This document shows, piece after piece, positions 58,375 through 64,000 of a DNA stretch of 64,000 nucleotides. The stretch comes from Shigella phage KNP5. The first letter of the stretch is position 1, and the number at the start of each line of letters is the position of its first letter. The notes beneath the pieces are model-generated. The model saw only the letters and a list, made by a program, of their open reading frames with translations, made no database searches and was not told the DNA's origin. Where the stretch lies: the sequence record KX452698. One strand, 5' to 3'. The translations under genes and the position numbers were made by a program.

Positions 58375-59033
58375 TGAGTTTACTTAATAATAAAGCGGGA
58401 GTTATTTCCCGCTTAGCAGATTTTCTTGGTTTTAGAACTAAGAAAAATGATATTTCGGTTATGAATAATCAGCCAGTAGGTGCTGTAACAATTTCACAAA
58501 TAGCAAAAGGGTTTTATGACCCAAATGTAGAATCTGCTATTAATGATGTTAGAAATATGGCAGAGCAACAGGTTGGAGCTGTATTAGTTAATATAAGTGG
58601 CGTATCTCCTACTGGCGTGCAGCAAACAGACTATTGGTCATTTGAAGGAACTGTCAATGATACTTCAGCCAAACCAGGTGACCCGGTTATTGTTAACATG
58701 TTTGGCATTCCTGTTAAAGCTACTAATGGAATGACTTCAATCGAATTTACCAGTGCCGTTAGAACAGCTCTGCAGGAAATGGTTGCAAAATTTATTGCAA
58801 TTGATTCATTTGAAGACCATCCTACCATAGGAAATAAAATACAAGTTAAGTATTTAGATAATCAAGAACATATCTTAGAACAATACTCTGATAAAGGAAT
58901 TACTTTCAAACAAGAAATAATTTCTCCTTCTAAACCTGGGTATGGAACTTGGCAATTATTAGGTGCGCAAACTGTTACGCTAGATAGTCACACACAACCT
59001 ACAGTATTTTATTATTTTGAGAGAATAGCATGA
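58374..59033 (+). CDS. 11: Baseplate wedge protein gp11, short-tail-fibre attachment (219 aa)
   Basis: ATG 58374-58376 overlapping gene 10 stop (TAATG); [17 protein letters not shown]... Confidence 0.9.
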   Translation: MSLLNNKAGVISRLADFLGFRTKKNDISVMNNQPVGAVTISQIAKGFYDPNVESAINDVRNMAEQQVGAVLVNISGVSPTGVQQTDYWSFEGTVNDTSAKPGDPVIVNMFGIPVKATNGMTSIEFTSAVRTALQEMVAKFIAIDSFEDHPTIGNKIQVKYLDNQEHILEQYSDKGITFKQEIISPSKPGYGTWQLLGAQTVTLDSHTQPTVFYYFERIA

Positions 59034-60580
59034 GTAACAATACATATCAGCACGTATCAAATGAATCAAAATATGTTAAATTCGATCCTACTGGATCGAA
59101 TTTTCCTGACACTGTCACGACAGTGCAGTCTGCATTATCAAAAATAAGTAATATCGGCGTAAATGGTATTCCTGATGCAACTATGGAAGTTAAAGGAATA
59201 GCAATGATTGCGTCAGAGCAAGAGGTTTTAGATGGAACTAATAATTCTAAAATCGTTACACCCGCTACATTAGCAACAAGATTATTGTATCCAAATGCTA
59301 CTGAAACTAAATATGGTTTAACGCGCTATTCAACAAATGAAGAAACATTAGAAGGCTCAGATAATAATTCATCAATAACGCCGCAAAAACTGAAATACCA
59401 TACCGACGATGTGTTCCAAAATAGATATTCGTCTGAGTCATCAAATGGAGTTATTAAAATATCATCTACACCTGCAGCTTTAGCTGGAGTTGATGATACT
59501 ACGGCAATGACTCCATTAAAAACGCAAAAACTTGCAATAAAATTAATTTCACAAATAGCTCCTTCCGAAGATACTGCATCAGAATCTGTGAGAGGCGTAG
59601 TTCAATTATCTACTGTTGCGCAAACTCGTCAAGGAACTCTCCGCGAAGGATATGCAATTTCTCCGTATACCTTTATGAATTCTGTTGCAACACAAGAATA
59701 TAAGGGTGTTATACGTTTAGGAACACAATCGGAAATTAACAGTAATTTAGGAGATGTTGCAGTAACAGGTGAAACATTAAATGGTCGAGGAGCTACTGGT
59801 TCTATGCGCGGTGTAGTAAAATTAACGACGCAAGCCGGTATTGCCCCCGAGGGTGATGGCTCTGGAGCATTAGCATGGAACGCAGATGTAATTAATACAC
59901 GCGGTGGACAAACTATTAATGGTTCTTTAAATTTAGACCATCTTACAGCAAATGGAATTTGGTCGCGCGGCGGTATGTGGAAAAATGGTGATCAACCTGT
60001 TGCCACTGAAAGATATGCGTCTGAAAGGGTTCCAGTTGGAACTATTATGATGTTTGCGGGTGATTCTGCACCTCCAGGTTGGATTATGTGCCATGGTGGA
60101 ACCGTGTCAGGAGATCAATATCCTGATTATAGAAACACAGTTGGAACAAGATTTGGTGGTGATTGGAATAACCCTGGCATTCCTGATATGCGAGGTCTTT
60201 TCGTCAGAGGAGCTGGCACAGGAGGTCATATTTTAAATCAACGAGGACAAGATGGTTATGGAAAGGATAGACTTGGCGTAGGATGTGACGGAATGCATGT
60301 TGGCGGTGTTCAAGCACAACAAATGTCATACCATAAACATGCTGGTGGCTGGGGAGAATACCAAAGACATGAAGCTCCATTTGGCGCGTCCGTTTATCAA
60401 GGATATCTTGGAACTAGAAAATATGCCGACTGGGATAACGCTTCATACTTCACTAATGATGGATTTGAATTAGGTGGACCGAGAGATGCCCTTGGTACAC
60501 TTAATCGTGAAGGATTAATTGGTTATGAAACTAGACCATGGAATATATCATTAAACTATATTATTAAAATTCATTACTAA
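59030..60580 (+). CDS. 12: Short tail fibre protein gp12 (516 aa)
   Basis: Repetitive beta-structure middle, C-terminal receptor-binding region; position after gene 11. Confidence 0.9.
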   Translation: MSNNTYQHVSNESKYVKFDPTGSNFPDTVTTVQSALSKISNIGVNGIPDATMEVKGIAMIASEQEVLDGTNNSKIVTPATLATRLLYPNATETKYGLTRYSTNEETLEGSDNNSSITPQKLKYHTDDVFQNRYSSESSNGVIKISSTPAALAGVDDTTAMTPLKTQKLAIKLISQIAPSEDTASESVRGVVQLSTVAQTRQGTLREGYAISPYTFMNSVATQEYKGVIRLGTQSEINSNLGDVAVTGETLNGRGATGSMRGVVKLTTQAGIAPEGDGSGALAWNADVINTRGGQTINGSLNLDHLTANGIWSRGGMWKNGDQPVATERYASERVPVGTIMMFAGDSAPPGWIMCHGGTVSGDQYPDYRNTVGTRFGGDWNNPGIPDMRGLFVRGAGTGGHILNQRGQDGYGKDRLGVGCDGMHVGGVQAQQMSYHKHAGGWGEYQRHEAPFGASVYQGYLGTRKYADWDNASYFTNDGFELGGPRDALGTLNREGLIGYETRPWNISLNYIIKIHY

Positions 60581-60589
60581 GGATTACAA

Positions 60590-62047
60590 ATGATTGAATT
60601 AAAAGAGTTACCTTTTGTTGATAGCGTTCCTGGCGAAGGTCAGGAACGTATTTCATGGATTAAAAATGGTGAAGAAATATTAGGAGCTAGTACTAAGTAT
60701 GGAAACGATGGGTCAATGAATAGACCAACTGTTTCCGTGTTTAAAAACGTCGAGGTTCTCGACGAAAATGTAGGAATTCTTAAAACTGCCATTGAAACAT
60801 CTCAGGAAGATATTAAAACTATTCAAGGCATTTTAGATGTATCAGGAGATATAGAAGCGCTATCACAGATCAGCGTTAATAAAAATGATATATCAAGTTT
60901 AAAGACGCTCACAAGTGAACATACTGATATATTAAATGGTACAAATACTACGGTTGATAATATTCTTTCTGATATTGGTCCATTTAATTCGCAAGCAAAT
61001 TCAGTTTATAGAACGATTAGAAATGATTTGCTGTGGATTAAAAGGGAACTAGGACAATATGCTGGACAAGATATTAATGGTCTTCCTGTTGTAGGAAATA
61101 GCAGCACGGGGATGAAGCACCGTATCATTAATAATACAGATGCTATAACTTCCCAAGGAATACGTCTAAGTGATTTGGAAGAAAAATTTATTGAATCTGA
61201 TGTAGGTTCGCTTACAATCGAAGTAGGAAATCTTAGACAGGAATTAGGACAAAGACCGCCTTCATTTAGTGAAAGTATATATTCACGTGTGCATAATTTA
61301 GATCAATCACAAATTAATCTTAATTCCGAAATTAAATCTATCAAAACTTCTATTGGATATCCAGGAAATACTTCAATAATCACAGATGTTAACACTAATA
61401 CACGAGAAATTTCAGCTTTAACTGATGAGCTAAATAAAAGCGGAGGTGTTAAACAGCGATTAACTGTCATTGAAACATCAATTGGCTCAGATGATATTCC
61501 TTCTAGTATTAAAGGTAAAATTAAAGATAATACAACATCTATTGAGTTTTTAAATGGAATTGTTGGTGAAAACACTTCATCTGGACTACGAGCAAACGTT
61601 TCGTGGTTAAACCAAATTGTTGGAACTGATTCTAGCGGTGGACAACCTTCTCCTCCTGGGTCTCTTTTAAATAGAGTTTCAACTGTTGAAACTTCCGTTA
61701 ATAGACTGAATAATGATGTTCAAAACTTGCAAGTTGAAATTGGTAATAACAATTCCGGAATTAAAGGACAGGTTGTAACATTAAATAAATTAGTAAATGG
61801 AACAAATCCAAATGGTTCAACTGTCGAAGAACGTGGATTAACTAATTCAATAAAAGCTAATGAAACTAACATTTCTTCTATTAATCAAGAAATGCGTAGT
61901 ATTAAAAGTAATGTATCTTCATTACAGGCGGATGTTCAGACTTTACAGGAAGCAGGTTATATTCCTGAAGCTCCAAAAGATGGTCAAGCTTACGTTCGTA
62001 AAGACGGCGAATGGGTATTACTTTCTACCTTTTTATCACCAGCATAA
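60590..62047 (+). CDS. wac: Fibritin, whisker/neck protein (485 aa)
   Basis: Long coiled-coil with C-terminal foldon [27 protein letters not shown]. Confidence 0.95.
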   Translation: MIELKELPFVDSVPGEGQERISWIKNGEEILGASTKYGNDGSMNRPTVSVFKNVEVLDENVGILKTAIETSQEDIKTIQGILDVSGDIEALSQISVNKNDISSLKTLTSEHTDILNGTNTTVDNILSDIGPFNSQANSVYRTIRNDLLWIKRELGQYAGQDINGLPVVGNSSTGMKHRIINNTDAITSQGIRLSDLEEKFIESDVGSLTIEVGNLRQELGQRPPSFSESIYSRVHNLDQSQINLNSEIKSIKTSIGYPGNTSIITDVNTNTREISALTDELNKSGGVKQRLTVIETSIGSDDIPSSIKGKIKDNTTSIEFLNGIVGENTSSGLRANVSWLNQIVGTDSSGGQPSPPGSLLNRVSTVETSVNRLNNDVQNLQVEIGNNNSGIKGQVVTLNKLVNGTNPNGSTVEERGLTNSIKANETNISSINQEMRSIKSNVSSLQADVQTLQEAGYIPEAPKDGQAYVRKDGEWVLLSTFLSPA

Positions 62048-62050
62048 CAT

Positions 62051-62066
62051 GGGGCCGCAAGGCCCC
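62051..62066 (+). terminator. GC stem-loop (GGGGCC-GCAA-GGCCCC) 3' of wac
   Basis: Perfect 6-bp stem with GNRA loop; weak U-run. Confidence 0.45.
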
Positions 62067-62079
62067 AAAGGATTTTTAA

Positions 62080-63781
<1,702 letters not shown>

Positions 63782-63822
63782 TAAATATTATAAACTAATT
63801 AAAGCCCAGATTAGGAGAAATC

Positions 63823-64000
63823 ATGTTTGGTTATTTTTATAATTCGTCTTTTAGACGATATGCTACCTTGATGGGCGATTTGTTTTCAAATATCCAAATC
63901 AAACGTCAGTTAGAATCTGGTGATAAGTTTATACGTGTTCCTATTACGTATGCATCAAAGGAACACTTCATGATGAAATTAAATAAATGGACATCGATAA
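63823..64000 (+). CDS. 15: Tail sheath stabiliser/terminator gp15, first 59 codons; continues beyond window
   Basis: ATG 63823 after AGGAG RBS; MFGYFYNSSFRRYATLMGDLFSNIQ... Confidence 0.85.
   Translation, partial: MFGYFYNSSFRRYATLMGDLFSNIQIKRQLESGDKFIRVPITYASKEHFMMKLNKWTSI

Noticed and set aside
48132-61575. Minus-strand ORFs inside late structural genes (48132-48332, 49272-49490, 51073-51270, 53372-53731, 61303-61575)
   Set aside because: Antisense to continuous, known baseplate and fibre genes; no promoter or RBS context.

Overview
This 64 kb window is a contiguous piece of a T4-like (T-even, Tequatrovirus-type) myovirus genome, not host DNA. Identification rests on gene order and on translated ORFs that match well-known T4 proteins in length and motifs; no database search was run. 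Coordinates 1-46384 are densely packed early and middle genes on the minus strand: 44, 45, rpbA, 46, 47, a-gt, 55, nrdH, nrdG, nrdD, 49, nrdC, a long accessory block, rI, tk, regB, denV, e, nudE, a 10-tRNA cluster, 57B/57A, 1, 3, 2 and 4. Coordinates 46432-64000 are late baseplate and fibre genes on the plus strand: 53, 5, 5.1, 5.4, 6-12, wac, 13, 14 and the start of 15. It is not reference T4: nrdD has no group I intron and carries an in-frame TAA, denV and e are adjacent, and the tRNA set includes Asn and Tyr. Two runs of exactly 99 N (5556-5654, 41416-41514) interrupt ORFs. The most interesting material is in the accessory stretches: a Pol-beta-type nucleotidyltransferase next to a promoter-driven AAA+ ATPase, a macro-domain protein, a four-gene array sharing a C-terminal coiled coil, three internal-protein-like genes with capsid-targeting leaders, and a GrcA-like gene with a host-like GC-rich 3' half. 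Seven copies of a T4 early-promoter motif and GC-rich UUCG/GNRA hairpins punctuate the minus-strand block. Gene symbols for small ORFs are left empty where only position supports them.
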